Assembly (NCBI GenBank): GCA_965649765.1
Contig: OZ287756.1
Coordinates: forward strand, 2,480,001 to 2,544,000
Length of the DNA: 64,000 nucleotides
Source of the DNA: Bispira polyomma
Lineage: Eukaryota
Direction of reading: 5' to 3'
The notes below the pieces were generated by a model. It made no database searches and was not told the origin of the DNA. It worked only from the letters and a program-made list of their open reading frames with translations. Shown one piece after another: positions 51,575-64,000 of the stretch; positions within the stretch are counted from its first letter, which is position 1, and every line of letters starts with the position of its first letter. Made by a program: the position numbers and the translations under genes.

Positions 51575-53086
51575 TTATGGCGAACAATGTTGAGATGGAA
51601 TCCTAAGTTTCTGCCTCCGAAAGTCCACAATTTCATGAATGCCATCAGCATATTTCTGTATCAACCCTTTATATTTAGTTGCTGATTCAGCCGATACATT
51701 AAAGTGCAAGTCCTGTAGATTTAAAACTGACTCTTTCTTGGATCTGAGCCATATATTGACTTGGTCTATGTCTATGGTATTGGGAACTGCACCTCTGTTA
51801 GCCAGATTCTTGTTCTGACTTGGTGTTGTTAGAACAGAGCATGATTCTGTTTGGGATATTTTTACGGATTGTGGCACGTCTGGATGGTACAGAAACATGT
51901 GTTCCCTTACATTAGAGAATGTCTGTAGAAAACACCTCATGGCTGCCTTAACATGAAGGCCACAATGGTAGGTCAGGTTGTTGTCCTGATTTCTACACAT
52001 AAATGATGGTAATATTAAAGTACGATTGAGTAGAGTTGATAAAACCATTGCATTTGTGAGAGTCAGTTTTTCAACAGTCCAAACAGTGGGCCATGCCAAT
52101 TGGCGTGGGTAGGTGTTTTGATACGTTACATACTTTGCTGTGGGGTTTGAATACTGGCCATTTCTGTCATAACTCCACATACCAGACTCTTTAAAGGTGA
52201 AGGTCTTGGATTCCAGGCCTTTCATACATGTCAAATGAGCAAATACCTTGTCTTTGTTTGCCACATAAAATATACCAGTTGGAGGTTTCCACCGCTCACA
52301 AGAAGTTAGAATGTGTTTCCTGGGGATTTTTACCACTTTTACTTCTCTAATCAGATTGTCGTAGGAATCCTTATCTTTTAGAATATTATTTAACAATAAC
52401 TGATCATTCCGCGGTCTGTTCTTACACTGCTGACCCATTTGCTTTAACAATGCCATTGTTTCAAGAGACTGCTTATAGAACACAAAGCCACCATTAACAC
52501 CTTTGCCCTCTTCGATCCCTGCTAAATGCCACGGCTGATCATCCGTTGGCCGTAGATCATTTGGGTGTTTGAAAAGTACTATATCAGCATCAACAAGGTG
52601 CACACTGTAGCCCAAGTACAAGAGGTCATATATGAGGAGAATCCTCAATGTCAATTTCTGATTATAGACCTGGGAACCTAAATCTGAGATGTTCTGCCCA
52701 ATGTCATAGTCAAAATACACCAAACACTCCACACCTTCATTAATATACATATCACAGGTACTCGGGGAATATGCCACAACAAGAAAGTTTTTGACACCTA
52801 TTTTCTGCATCGACGAGTACATATTCATAGTCATGTCAAAAAACGCTTGGTCACTTGATGTAATAGTGATCCAATGATCCGGAGAAGCTATCCGCGAAAC
52901 TCGGTCATCGAGTTCAGCAAGACTCATTTTTGTCAGGTGTTGATGTTGTAGCCATTTTGTGCTGCTGAAATCAAGAGGTGGATCATATGATGCATATGGT
53001 TTAGTCACAACAGCAGAGTCTGTACTTTTTTGCTTAGTTAATGTCACATCAGCCTTAACCTGACTGTGCTTTTGTACATCCCTCTC
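51575..53086 (-). CDS. Nucleotide-diphospho-sugar transferase (GT77/PF03407-like) glycosyltransferase, large terminal exon
   Basis: Acceptor TTTATTTTCAG|GAG; motifs LLYLGYSVHLVDADIVLFKHP (DxD), VNGGFVFYK, NDQLLLNNIL, and C-terminal AMVLSTLLNRTLILPSFMC. 503 aa here, 546 aa with exon 1. Confidence 0.85.
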   Translation of the reverse strand, partial: ERDVQKHSQVKADVTLTKQKSTDSAVVTKPYASYDPPLDFSSTKWLQHQHLTKMSLAELDDRVSRIASPDHWITITSSDQAFFDMTMNMYSSMQKIGVKNFLVVAYSPSTCDMYINEGVECLVYFDYDIGQNISDLGSQVYNQKLTLRILLIYDLLYLGYSVHLVDADIVLFKHPNDLRPTDDQPWHLAGIEEGKGVNGGFVFYKQSLETMALLKQMGQQCKNRPRNDQLLLNNILKDKDSYDNLIREVKVVKIPRKHILTSCERWKPPTGIFYVANKDKVFAHLTCMKGLESKTFTFKESGMWSYDRNGQYSNPTAKYVTYQNTYPRQLAWPTVWTVEKLTLTNAMVLSTLLNRTLILPSFMCRNQDNNLTYHCGLHVKAAMRCFLQTFSNVREHMFLYHPDVPQSVKISQTESCSVLTTPSQNKNLANRGAVPNTIDIDQVNIWLRSKKESVLNLQDLHFNVSAESATKYKGLIQKYADGIHEIVDFRRQKLRIPSQHCSP

Positions 53087-54543
53087 CTGAAAATAAAGAA
53101 AACCTAAAATGTTATAGGATACCAAGTATTCTTAAAAACTTTAACATCTACCAACTGGATGGGCAAGAGAAAGTATAAAAGTTTAACGATACAACATCAA
53201 TGCATCATATAGTGCAAAGACTGGTTACAAACTATACAATTACAACTTATGTTAGGAATTTTATGGCACTGATAATGCGGATAATCAGTAGAGTGGTTAC
53301 AGCTTGTGCAAATTGTATTTTGTTTATTATGTTAATTATATTTGAATATTTATTGATTCTTTTATGCCCTGAGATTACTGGTTTAGTTATCACTAGTTAT
53401 TTTAGCGATTTATTTTTCTCTCCAAAATTATTGACTTATGCCAGTGGATCAATATCTCAACAGAGCTGTTGGTTTGACCATGTTACTATAACTTTTGAAG
53501 AAATCAATACATAAACAGTTTATCTAATCTGTTATTTACACTCGATCCAAGGTCAGTCTGGGGAAAATATAAAAGAGATAAAATCATTTAGCAGGATTAA
53601 TTTTAATGTTGTGAACATCACAGTATACTTAATTTTCCTTTTGTGGTTGGGTAGAAATAAAACCAAGCATATATTTAAAATAACTATTTATTAATGTATT
53701 CTCAAAACCTATTTATTAATTTGGATATTTAAAGATGTATAAAACATACATATTTAAATGATATCTTAAATATTTGTAATATAATTTGAGCATTTTAAAT
53801 AAAACAACATTTGTAAATTGAATACAAACAATATGGATATATTTTTTGGGATATTTATTATAAAGCTTTGCAACATACATACCCATCCACACTCAGGAAA
53901 GGTTACATGATTCAGTGTAAAACATTCCAACCAAGAAAATACATAGTGGCATGTGTATTTTACAGGTTTTACCTTTCTACTGATCAGATGGATTATTTGT
54001 AAATGGATCTGCCATATTTATTTCTCAAAGTTAAGCCCTTGGCTAAGTTAAAGAACGGTCTTAAATTCTTTGTGAAAATCGCTAAGCCTCAGACAAAAGT
54101 CTAAGCCATTTTTTCCGAAAAGTTTAGGCAAAAGTCTTAACTTTAGACCTTTTGTAAATATGGCCCCACGTCTAATCTTTAGCGGTGTCAATTTTCTTCC
54201 TTATGATTAATCTTTGAGAAAATAAACAATTATCCTGGAGCCTTATTCACCAATATTCTTTGAATGCAGTTGCAGTTCTTTTTCTTGGTCTCAGCAGTCC
54301 CTTGAGAATATACGCAATTTTGTATTGTCATGTGTAAACTTAGGCATATATGACGTCACTGTGTGGTAGACTCACAGTAAAGTATAAGATTTGTAATGTA
54401 TATTAAGATTGGAAAATATTATTGATAGTGTGAGCCTTTTGCATTTTACCTTCTGGTTGAAATATATTACGTTATAGGTTTTGTCCAAAAGTGCAACTAA
54501 TATTTTTTTTTCAAATACTTATGTGTTATTTTGTCCATAAGTG

Positions 54544-54862
54544 ATTGTAATTGTAATTAGACTTTTATTGCGCTTAATCTCCCCTTAACAAAGGGGACTC
54601 TAAGGCGCACCAGCACAAAAGACAGTTATCCAATTTCCAAAATCAAGGGACAGAAAAAGGGTCAGCAACATAGAGCGCGCCGGGGGATGATTGAGACTAA
54701 GGTGGATATGCTTTAGTGTACAAGTGGGTTTTAAGCTTCTTTCTAAAACAGGCTAGTGAGGGGGAAGCACGAATCACATCAGGAAGACCATTCCAAACAA
54801 TGGGAGCATCAAAAGCAAAGCTGTGACCAAACTGTTTAACCGACTTTTGAGTAGATGGGTGG
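54544..54862 (-). mobile_element. L2-clade LINE 3' fragment (same family)
   Basis: Near-identical to 34881-35200. Confidence 0.9.
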
Positions 54863-55359
54863 CAAATATTATTTAATCAAAACTGCAACAAATAAGAAAT
54901 ATTGGTATTTATGACGTCACAATACTTTTTTAACAAAAAGCAGTCTGAGACTGAGTAGGGTAATTACAAAACCGACTATAGTCCCAGATTTGATCTTAAA
55001 GTTAAGACTGGTTGGAAGGTGCATTTAGCAAAGTCTCAAGCATTATACTCTGTATAAATAAAGTGTAATACCTAAATTTTTATGTTTTAAAATATCACTT
55101 TTGGCATCAAATAGATATATTGCAAGGATATTTTTGGCATAAAGTATATGACAAATCTTGTTTTAAAATGTAGTACACAAATACTTTTCTGATCAAAATA
55201 TGCAAAATAGATATACATTTGTTAGATATAAAATTTAGACATGTTTAGCTTAGTCTTAGCTGAGCCATTTTTTGTGAATACAAACTCGAGACTTTGTCTC
55301 AGCTGAGACTAAATCTCAAATGCGAGCCACTTTTGCAAATAGGGCATCTGGAGGATAAC

Positions 55360-57412
55360 ACATAGAAGCTTTTATCAAATAATGATCCTAATTTAGGCAT
55401 ATTTTGGACTTTGAATCTTTATAACTCAATCAGTTTCCAACATATTTTTAATGTTAGTGGCTCAACTAATAGGTATGGCATTTATTTATCATTCCACCAA
55501 ATATTATGCCCATAATATGTATAGAAATATTTAATATATAATTTTGTCCTTCTGTCTTTGGACTAAACCCAGCGATCAAACTATCATCCTATTTGTGGCT
55601 GAGTGACAGTGTTAACTCTTCATTGGTACACTGCTTGCATTTTATGCACTATGCCAAATATGGGCATTTTGTTTAACACTTGTGGAAGCAGAATTCATGG
55701 TTTGCAGAAACAATATTGTAAATTCAATATTATAAGTAGTTATATGTGCATCAAGATGAGGGAAGAATGGCAAAAATGGACAAAAACATGTGTATTCTAA
55801 AGAATTCTACTATGTATTTAAACATAGCATATTGTATTAAATGGTTGATTCATGTTTGTCATTGTAAATGTCAGAGCCCAACTTACAATTAGCCAATTTT
55901 AAGATGAGCTATCCAATCTTAGATTGGCAAGGGAAACTAGCCAAACTTGAGATTGGATTAAAATTAAAAATTAGACATCTTAAATGTTTGAATTATATAA
56001 TAATTGTTTCACATGATGATGAATTATTGTTAATTGTTTGAATGTAATCACAGGTTTAAAGCTCATTATTGAATGTTCCAGTTATTACTTGTTTTACTGA
56101 TAAACTTACATTTATAATGCATCTTTTGTTGGAGTATAATTTTCTTTTCAAAATTGCCCTAAATTGTTGTAAGATCACAATACACTTTTCCTTTCAATAT
56201 GCCTTTTGCACAGATTAATTTGATACCAAGTAATGGGAAGCCATGGATTAATTAATTTGTGAAGACTAGATGTGTGATGAACTCGCTTAACTGGATTTAG
56301 TGTCAGTAACCATTTCCTTCCTTCCTGATTGTAATAATAGGCAGCCAAATTAAATTGTGTGATTAAAACAGTTTTAAATCCATGTACACATACATGTAGG
56401 TGTAAATTGAATTTACATTGCTTTTGTACTGCATTGGGGTAAAGTCCAACAAAGAAATGGAATTGTTATTGCTAATTTTAGTTATGACTTCATGCTGTTT
56501 ATATAAATCAAACTCTACAGTGTCCTATAATTCAAGATGGCTACTTCTAAAGTACCTTCTTTAGACCACAGAGATTAAATGGAATGACTGGACAGCTCAC
56601 AAACATCACCAATTATTACTGGGGCAAAGTTTACCCAGTACAGAGATTATTGAATAGCTTAAGAAATAAGATATAAACAGAGATCCTCATTTAAAACCAT
56701 GGATGAAAAATAAACTATTTCAAATAAGTGATGAGCCTTTCTAGATTATAGGTGTTGATCAGATCCTGATTGTACCTAATCTAAAAAGGTAATTGTTTTT
56801 CTTAATTACTTTTAGTTAATGCCTAACATGGGTTATCTTAGGATTGGCTGAGAAACATAGGATCCTAAATTGGGCTGTAGCCCATCTTAAGATTGGCCAA
56901 ATTGTACGTTGGGCTCTGACATTTAAATATACAATGACAAAATGAATTGGCCATTCAATACAATTTGCTATGTTTAAATAAATACATGTAATAGAATTCT
57001 TTAGAATACACATGCTTTTGTCCATTTTTGCCTTAATTACCTTATCTTGATGTACATATAATATTCTCTGTAACACAGAATTGCCAATATTGTTTGTCCA
57101 AAACCAGGACTCCTGCTTATGCAAGTGTTAAACAAAATGCCCATATTTGGCATAATGCATAAAATGAAAGCTGTTTATTTATCAAGAGTTCATACTGTCA
57201 CTTGGCCACAAATAGGATCATAGTTTGATCGCTGGGTTTACTCCAATGACAGAAGGAAAAAATTATATATTAAATATTTGAATGATAAATAAATGCCACA
57301 CCTATTGGTTGAGCCACTAACATTAAAAACATGTTGGCAACTGGTTGAGTTATAAAGGTTCAAAGTCCAAAATATGCCGAAATTAGGATCATCATTTGAT
57401 AAACTCTTCTAT
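55360..57412. mobile_element. Foldback-like element: ~570-bp diverged inverted arms (55360-55930 / 56850-57412) around a ~0.9-kb spacer
   Basis: E.g. GATCCTAATTTAGGCATATTTTGGACTTTGAA versus TTCAAAGTCCAAAATATGCCGAAATTAGGATC; TAAACCCAGCGATCAAACTAT versus ATAGTTTGATCGCTGGGTTTA. Confidence 0.8.
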
Positions 57413-57784
57413 AATGTGATATTGGTTATATTCGAAGCTAGACTATATATATGCTAAAGTTTTATCTTTACAACAGTCTTTACAAAATGGCAGTCCATTG
57501 TAGTTACTTGCGGAGAAATAGCATGATCACACAACAAGTATTTTAATAAGCTGTGGCCATCCCCATACTCAACGTTTAAAGAATACCCAATTTTCATGAC
57601 TATGACATGAAAACTCACTTTTTATGATCAACACTTTACGAGTTAATGTCATACTCAGGCTGGGTTATATCCTTAGGGGTTCTCGTAATCCTACATGTTA
57701 ATATAATGACCACCAACCTATACTATTGCATTTTTTTTAGAAACCATCAAAGGTCCAATTTTTTTTAACCAAACCTATTCAACA

Positions 57785-60668
57785 TAGCCCTCCTTTTCCC
57801 TTTATCTTTGGGCTCCTTTTCCATTGACTTTGCCCCACTTTTCCCATGACTTTGCCTCCTTTTCCTATGACTTTGCCCTCCTTTTCCTGTGACTTTGACC
57901 TCCTTTTCCTATGACTTTGACCTCCTTTTCCCTTGATTTTGCCCTCCTTTCCCTTTCCATGTTGATGCACTAGTTGGTGACGGTCATAAGTTTATGACCT
58001 TTCTTGATTCATGCGATTTAAAACAGTCAGTTAGACAACCTACCCATCTGCATGGTCACATTCTGGACCTTATTTTATCTCCTTGTGATCAGGATGCTAT
58101 TGTAGATGTCAAAGTCTGTGATTTCATATCGGATCATGCATTGGTCAAACGCCCAATTGCTTCTCCCCCACAGGTGGCTCATATTCCTAATACAGTGCAT
58201 TATAGGAGGTACCACTGTATTAACATGTCTGACCTCCGTACTGATCTTGAGAGTACTTCCTTTATTAAGTCACCTGCTAATTCTGTAGCCAAACTTTATG
58301 AACAATACATACATGACTTGGGTGATGTACTAGATAAGCATGCACCACTTGTATCAAGAATGTCAAAGAAAGATTCTGTGCATTGGCTCTCTGATTCATA
58401 CCGACGGGCAAAATCTCTCAGGCGCCAATATGAAAGAACTTGGCGAAGGGCCAAGAATCCATTAAATAGAAGTCGACTTCGTCGCCAGTTTGGTTGGTGC
58501 AATGTATTTGTTAATGAGGATAAGTCGGTGTATTATGGCAAACTTATCTCTGACAACAGTCACAACTCCAGGAAGCTGTGGCACGAACTACGCAAGACCC
58601 TTAATATGGATACCAAGGTGGCACTCCCGTCCCATGATTCTGATAAATCACTAGCTGATAAGTTTGCTTCCTTTTTTTCGGACAAAATTAAGAGAATTAG
58701 AGATACTTTTGTTGTTTCTGGAACTAAAATTGATGTTCATCCTCTTTCTGATCCCCCAGAAATTACTGCCTTTACCAGAGTCTCTGAAGATGATGTTAGT
58801 AAAATAATAAGTAACTCGCCTACAAAATCCTGCATGTTGCACCATGGCCAACATCTCTTATTAAAGAATGTAGTGATATATTACTACCATCCATTAGAAA
58901 GCTTGTAAACTGCTCACTTACGGATGGACATATACCTGATGGTTTTAAAACAGCTGTGGTTACTCCTCTTATTAAGAAGGCTTCTCTTCCAGTTAATGAC
59001 CTGAAGAATTATCGTCCTGTATCTGGTCTTAGTTTCATATCAAAACTGGTTAAACGTGTGGTTGCTAGGCAACTGTTGGATCACATCTTTGTCCACGACT
59101 TAGACAACCCATACCAGTCTGCGTATAAAACAGGTCATTCGACTGAGACAGCTCTTCTGTCTATAAAAAATGAAGTTCACCTATCTTTGTCAAGAGGGGA
59201 ACCTACTGCCCTGGTATTGCTCGACCTCTCTGCTGCCTTTGACACCATTGATCATTCCACGCTTCTCAGTTGTCTTCAGACTTGGTTTGGAGTTAGGGGC
59301 TCTCTTCTTAAATGGTTCACTTCCTACTTAACTGATCGTTATCAGTCGATAAAAATTGGCTCTACTTTGTCCGATCTTTGTAAACGCTTGTTTGGTGTTC
59401 CTCAAGGTTCTGTTTTGGGCCCTCTGTTGTTCTCATTATACACTGCCCTCTCAGATTGGTTATTGGCAAATACATAGGAATTAAGTTTCATTTTTATGCA
59501 GATGATACCCAAATTTATGTGCACCTATCCCATAAAAACACATCTACTGCCTTTGAACAGTTGAACAGGTGTCTTGACGATGTGAAAGAGTGGATGTCAA
59601 CTGGTAAACTCAAATTTAATCCCGACAAGATTGAGTTCATAATCTTTGGCTCAGAACAACAGTGGGATAAGTTGAAAGCATTGTTTCCAGTTGACATCCT
59701 GGGTAGCCCTTTCAGTCCAGCTGATTCTGTCAAGAACCTGGGTGTATGGTTTGACTCTGACTTTTCTTTCTCTAAACACGTTCAGAGTGTCTGCAAAAGC
59801 TGTTTTATGCAACTCCGTGACTTTAGATGTGTCAGACGGTTTCTCACTTATGATGCTTCTATACTTGTGGCCAATGCCTTTGTCAGTAGTAGACTGGATT
59901 ACTGCAATTCACTTTTCAGGAGTCTCTCAAAGTTTAATTTACGCAAATTACAATGCATTCAAAATAGTGCAGCTAGAATTGTGTCAAACACCAGTCGATA
60001 CACTAGTATAACTCCTGGTCTTAAGAAATTGCATTGACTCCCTGTTGAACAGCGTTCAGTGTTTAAGACAGCTACACTTGTTTATAAGTTTCTCCACACT
60101 GGGTTTCCAAAGTAGTTTGCCCCATATCTTTCCACTTACAGTAGTTCCTACAATACCAGACGTAGTCAGAGTGGTAGTAATTTCCTTGTTGTTCCGAAGT
60201 TCCACCCATCTACTCAAAAGTCGGTTAAACAGTTTGGTCACAGCTTTGCTTTTGATATTTGTTGTTTGGAATGCACTTCCTGATGTGATTCATGCTTCCC
60301 CCTCACTAGCTTGTTTTAGAAAGCAGCTTAAAACCCACTTGTACACTAAAGCATACCCACCTTTGTCTCAATCATCCCACGGTGTGCTCTATGGTGCTGA
60401 CCCTTTTCTGTCCCTTGATTTTGAAAATTGGATAACTGTCTTTTGTGCTGGTGCGCCTTAGAGTCCCCTTTGTTAAGGGGAGATTAAGCGCAATAAAAGT
60501 CTAATTACAATTACAATGACTTATGGACAAAATAATACATAAGTATTTGAAAAAAATATTAGTTGCACTTATATTACAATTACAATTCCCTTGATTTTGC
60601 CCTCCTTTTCCCATGACTTTGCCCTCCTTTTCCCATGACTTTGCCCTCCTTTTTCCTTGACTTTGCCT
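57785..60668. repeat. 21-bp pyrimidine-rich minisatellite (CCTTTTCCCATGACTTTGCCCT-like) split by the L2 insertion: 57785-57950 and 60587-60668
   Basis: Same unit on both sides of the LINE. Confidence 0.85.
57954..60517 (+). mobile_element. L2-clade LINE, 5'-truncated ORF2 (endonuclease end plus RT) with frameshifts and (TTACAA)n tail
   Basis: PTHLHGHILDLIL..SDH (APE endonuclease), NYRPVSGL, LLDLSAAFDT, GVPQGSVLGPLLF, YADDTQ, WNALP..LKTHL; AATAAAAGTCTAATTACAATTACAAT end. Confidence 0.93.
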
Positions 60669-60669
60669 C

Positions 60670-61255
60670 TGTACTGGTCGATTCTAAGTCGCAACAATCA
60701 AAATCATTATTCAGTCATTGTGTTGTGGTGAATAGAAAGAAAGCTCATCACCAGAGATGGAGTCGGTGATAGCAAAACCGTGTCGAGTGGGATAAGCTTT
60801 TTGATAGAGATAGGTCTTGAGCTTGTTTCTAAAGGTTGAAAGAGCAGGTGAGTATCTAATATCTTGTAGTAGGTCATTCCAAAACTTTGGTGCAGCTGAT
60901 GAGAAACTTTGAGTAAAAGGGATTTTTGATCAGTGTATGCGGCTTGAGTGTTAAGGTGCTTTAAGTTCTTTTACTGGAAGTTTTAGCTCAGTCCAAAGTA
61001 CTATTTATATTATTATTATTATACATTTTTAACGTACTTTAATAATGCTAGGAATATTCTAAAGTGCAAAATCAGAATCAGTAGGCCAATCGTATAGTCC
61101 ATGGACACAGCAAGGCCGTGAGGAAAAGTGTGGGGGTGTACAGGAGGGTAAGGTGGGTAAGAAAATATTTTTAGCAAACGAAAGTGTTTCTAGTGATCTG
61201 AGGTCAATTGGGGGACTGTTCCATGACAAGGCTGCGATAGAGAAAGCTTTGGTTC
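60670..61255 (-). mobile_element. Two older L2-like 3' remnants
   Basis: Minus-strand translations SFSSAAPKFWNDLLQDIRYSPALSTFRNKLKTYLYQKAYP (~60790-60910) and KAFSIAALSWNSPPIDLRSLETL (~61180-61250). Confidence 0.65.
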
Positions 61256-61290
61256 CCGATTAGATTAGATACATAAAAGTTTCATATTAC

Positions 61291-61419
61291 CTTGGGTACC
61301 ACGAGTGACTGTTGCACTTCCAGGTGGTACTTGTGGACCAAAACAACAACCATAACGAGTACTAGGACCAGTACAAGCGCACCCACTCGGCCCTTCAGAA
61401 GTTTACGGAAACACGTCAT
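61291..61419 (-). CDS. Glycosyltransferase coding exon 1: cytoplasmic tail plus type II signal-anchor
   Basis: MTCFRKLLKGR-VGALVLVLVLVMVVVLV-HKYHLEVQQSLVVPK then AAG|GTAATA donor, phase 0, compatible with the acceptor at 53086. Too short for the ORF track. Confidence 0.8.
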
Positions 61420-64000
61420 AATGCACTAATGTAATATAAACCATCCACTACATGTACAACATTTTCAGTATTGCTCAAATCAACAATCTATCCAAGGGTT
61501 TATTTTGGAGGGATGTCATGTGATCACCTTGATAGGATATTATTGTTTAATGTAGCCATGTGCACACATTGAAGTTTATCCTATCAATATCTATCAATTT
61601 AATTATCCTGTTTTGCTACTACTTTATTCCTCTATATGTAAACCTCATATTTGCTTGCCACCCTTCATAAAAAAACAAAAAAAAAAAGAAAACAAAATAC
61701 TGATGATAATATTAATAATACACAACAAGCATGTATATGTATCAGAAATGTATCCTTTTTTAGGTGTTAATGTCACTAATTTTCAAGGTCTAAAATTTAT
61801 TTATAATATATATATTGTCACAAAATCCCATTTATCTGTGGGCATTTTATGCAGTCAATCAAACCATTCAAATCATCAATCGGATAAACAGTCTCCCTTA
61901 TTACTTATACTAGCGGTTTATAAAGTGTATATTGACAAACATAGGAGCTTTTACACAAAGCCAAACAAGTATATATACACAAATATGCTCACTGTATTCT
62001 ACGTCATGGAGTGTGTTTGAGAATCTTTGAGGCGTGTCACTTTAAGACACATCCATAATAGTCACTTGGATTCAGTGGCATTGTAGGGTGACTATCACAC
62101 TTTATATTATGGTCTTGGTTAAGCTTGGAATAGACTTATTCACATTCGTATCTGCATATCCGTATCCGCGTTCTTATTCTGCAATCCGCAAAATCAAATT
62201 ACAACTTGACACATTTTAGCTGGTTCCTAATATCTTTACATTTATCCAAATGACCATCTTCGAAATTCCGACAACCACATATATTGGTTTACAGACCAGT
62301 TTGAGTAAATACAGAAAATATTTAAATATTTAGAGATAAAACAGTTATTATATTAGTTTTATAACAGTTTATATTGTCTTTCTGAAATAAGGTAAGTTTA
62401 ACCAGACTGTGTAAAGACAGATGCCATGTATTACAATGATTCCATTGATATTGAACTCTATCACGAAATATGGCTTCAAAATATATTTTAATTACCCCAC
62501 ATCCATAAGAAAAGGTCCCAATCCTTAGTTTGCGAATATGGACACTCGCATAAAAAATATAGATGCAGGTAGGTCTATTTTTGTCAACTATTTCATAACC
62601 ATTTTTTTTTGCGGATGTAGATAAGGAAGTTAAAAAAGTACAGGTCTATCCAAGGCTTAGCCCTGCTTTGGCAAACCTCCCAGTGAAACCCATAAATTTA
62701 ACTCGAACCAATTTTACTGCTTAAACCCCCTCATATATGACAGAATAAAAGGTGGTATTCACAAAAGGTCTTAGTGATTAAATGTCAAACAATCTTTACT
62801 ACATGCCTATCATTAGTCACACAAAGAATAAATGTATAATTAACCTCGCCCTTTGGCAGAGGTTATTGTTTTCGGTCTGTGTGTTTGTGTTTATTACACA
62901 AAATCTACTGTATCAAATCCATTAAAATTTACAGACTTGTTAACAAATTGGGACCTCTACATTTGTGCCAAATTTCATACAAATCGGTTGGGAACTATAG
63001 CTTTAAGACGAGATTTCCCTTTTTATATACAAAACTACCACTGAAGATCTGTTTTCTTTCACGCCATATATAAGAAACGAAGACAGCGTTTGGCAAACCG
63101 AAGCTAGATCGGGGATCATTTGCATACAGCCAACACCGAAGACACCGCTCGGAGATGTATGACCTAATTTGCACACAGCAAAGACAGGGTTCGGTAAGCC
63201 GAAGCTACACCATCTCCGAGATCGGGGATGTATACGAAACATGAGGACGTCATTATCACGTCATCAACACACCATTTTTGATTATGACGTCACAATCTAG
63301 CACTATTGAGATAGTGTACATCCCGATGTAATATATGGAGTATATAAGCCAGAAACAGCCCATTTTATTGCATGTAAGGTGTACTTTATTTTAAAATATT
63401 AAGTTAGGGTTATTTTGTTGAATATATACCCCATTTTAATTTTTTTTTAGAAATAATAACATAACCCTAACTTTATATTTAAAAATAAAGTGCACCTTAC
63501 TCCATATATTAACCCCAATCACCAATTTGCGAGTCTGTGATTGAAATCCCGGGGTAGGTTTTACATTAAAAACCACAAGCTTAATGTTACAGTAGTTCAT
63601 GTGTACCAACAAGTGTACCAACAAGAACCTGCCAAAGAGGTTATGGATATAAATAAATAACTGAATCAAATTTGCCCAAATATGATGAAAATTACTCCAG
63701 TAGATTTTGTTTTACAAACCAATCTACCCGGGCAAAAACTTGACCCTGTAATAAGTAAGTCATAAAAAGAAGCCATTATTTGCAAATTACTGGTTCATTA
63801 CTTAAACAAAAATTTCATTTCCTGTGCTGAAATAATAATCATATACTGAGATAAACATAATTTGTGTAACAGGACTTATGCAAAAAATAGCCTTTCAAGA
63901 AGGCAGGTTGAAGGCCGCTTTATGTAAGACCATTATAAACAAACACTTTTGTGGGTCTATTTTGTTTCTGAGTGACATTCCAGGCTTTAATATTAAAATA

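Noticed and set aside
53087-53125. N-terminus MVSYNILGFLYFQ of the 516-aa ORF
   Set aside because: This is the intronic pyrimidine tract and acceptor; the real N-terminus is better explained by the 61291-61419 exon.
57779-57970. Lys/Gly-rich 63-aa ORF
   Set aside because: Translation of the purine strand of the 21-bp minisatellite.

Overview
Eukaryotic (animal, probably marine invertebrate; mollusc-like repeat landscape is an inference) genomic DNA, not prokaryotic. Two minus-strand genes: (1) the 5' part of a SEC16 orthologue (COPII/ER-exit-site scaffold). I reconstruct 19 phase-compatible GT-AG coding exons from 38676 down past position 1 (6588 nt, 2196 codons in the window). They run from a long low-complexity N-terminus into the conserved central domain. 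(2) A two-exon type II membrane glycosyltransferase of the nucleotide-diphospho-sugar transferase (GT77-like) family, 61419-51575. Introns and the intergenic region hold many repeats: a decayed DIRS1-type retroelement between ~1.4-kb inverted arms, four copies of one L2 LINE family, two L1/Tx1-like fragments, a Gypsy integrase relic, a Helentron-associated (HINE-like) element, tRNA-SINEs, MITEs and a 3.6-kb 30-bp minisatellite. The most striking pattern is that at least 9 of the 19 SEC16 exons have their end (usually including the splice site) tandemly re-copied into the adjacent intron. The largest array (exon 13) is polarised, and its older copies differ from the live exon mostly at synonymous positions, so it reads like an ordered record of earlier exon states.
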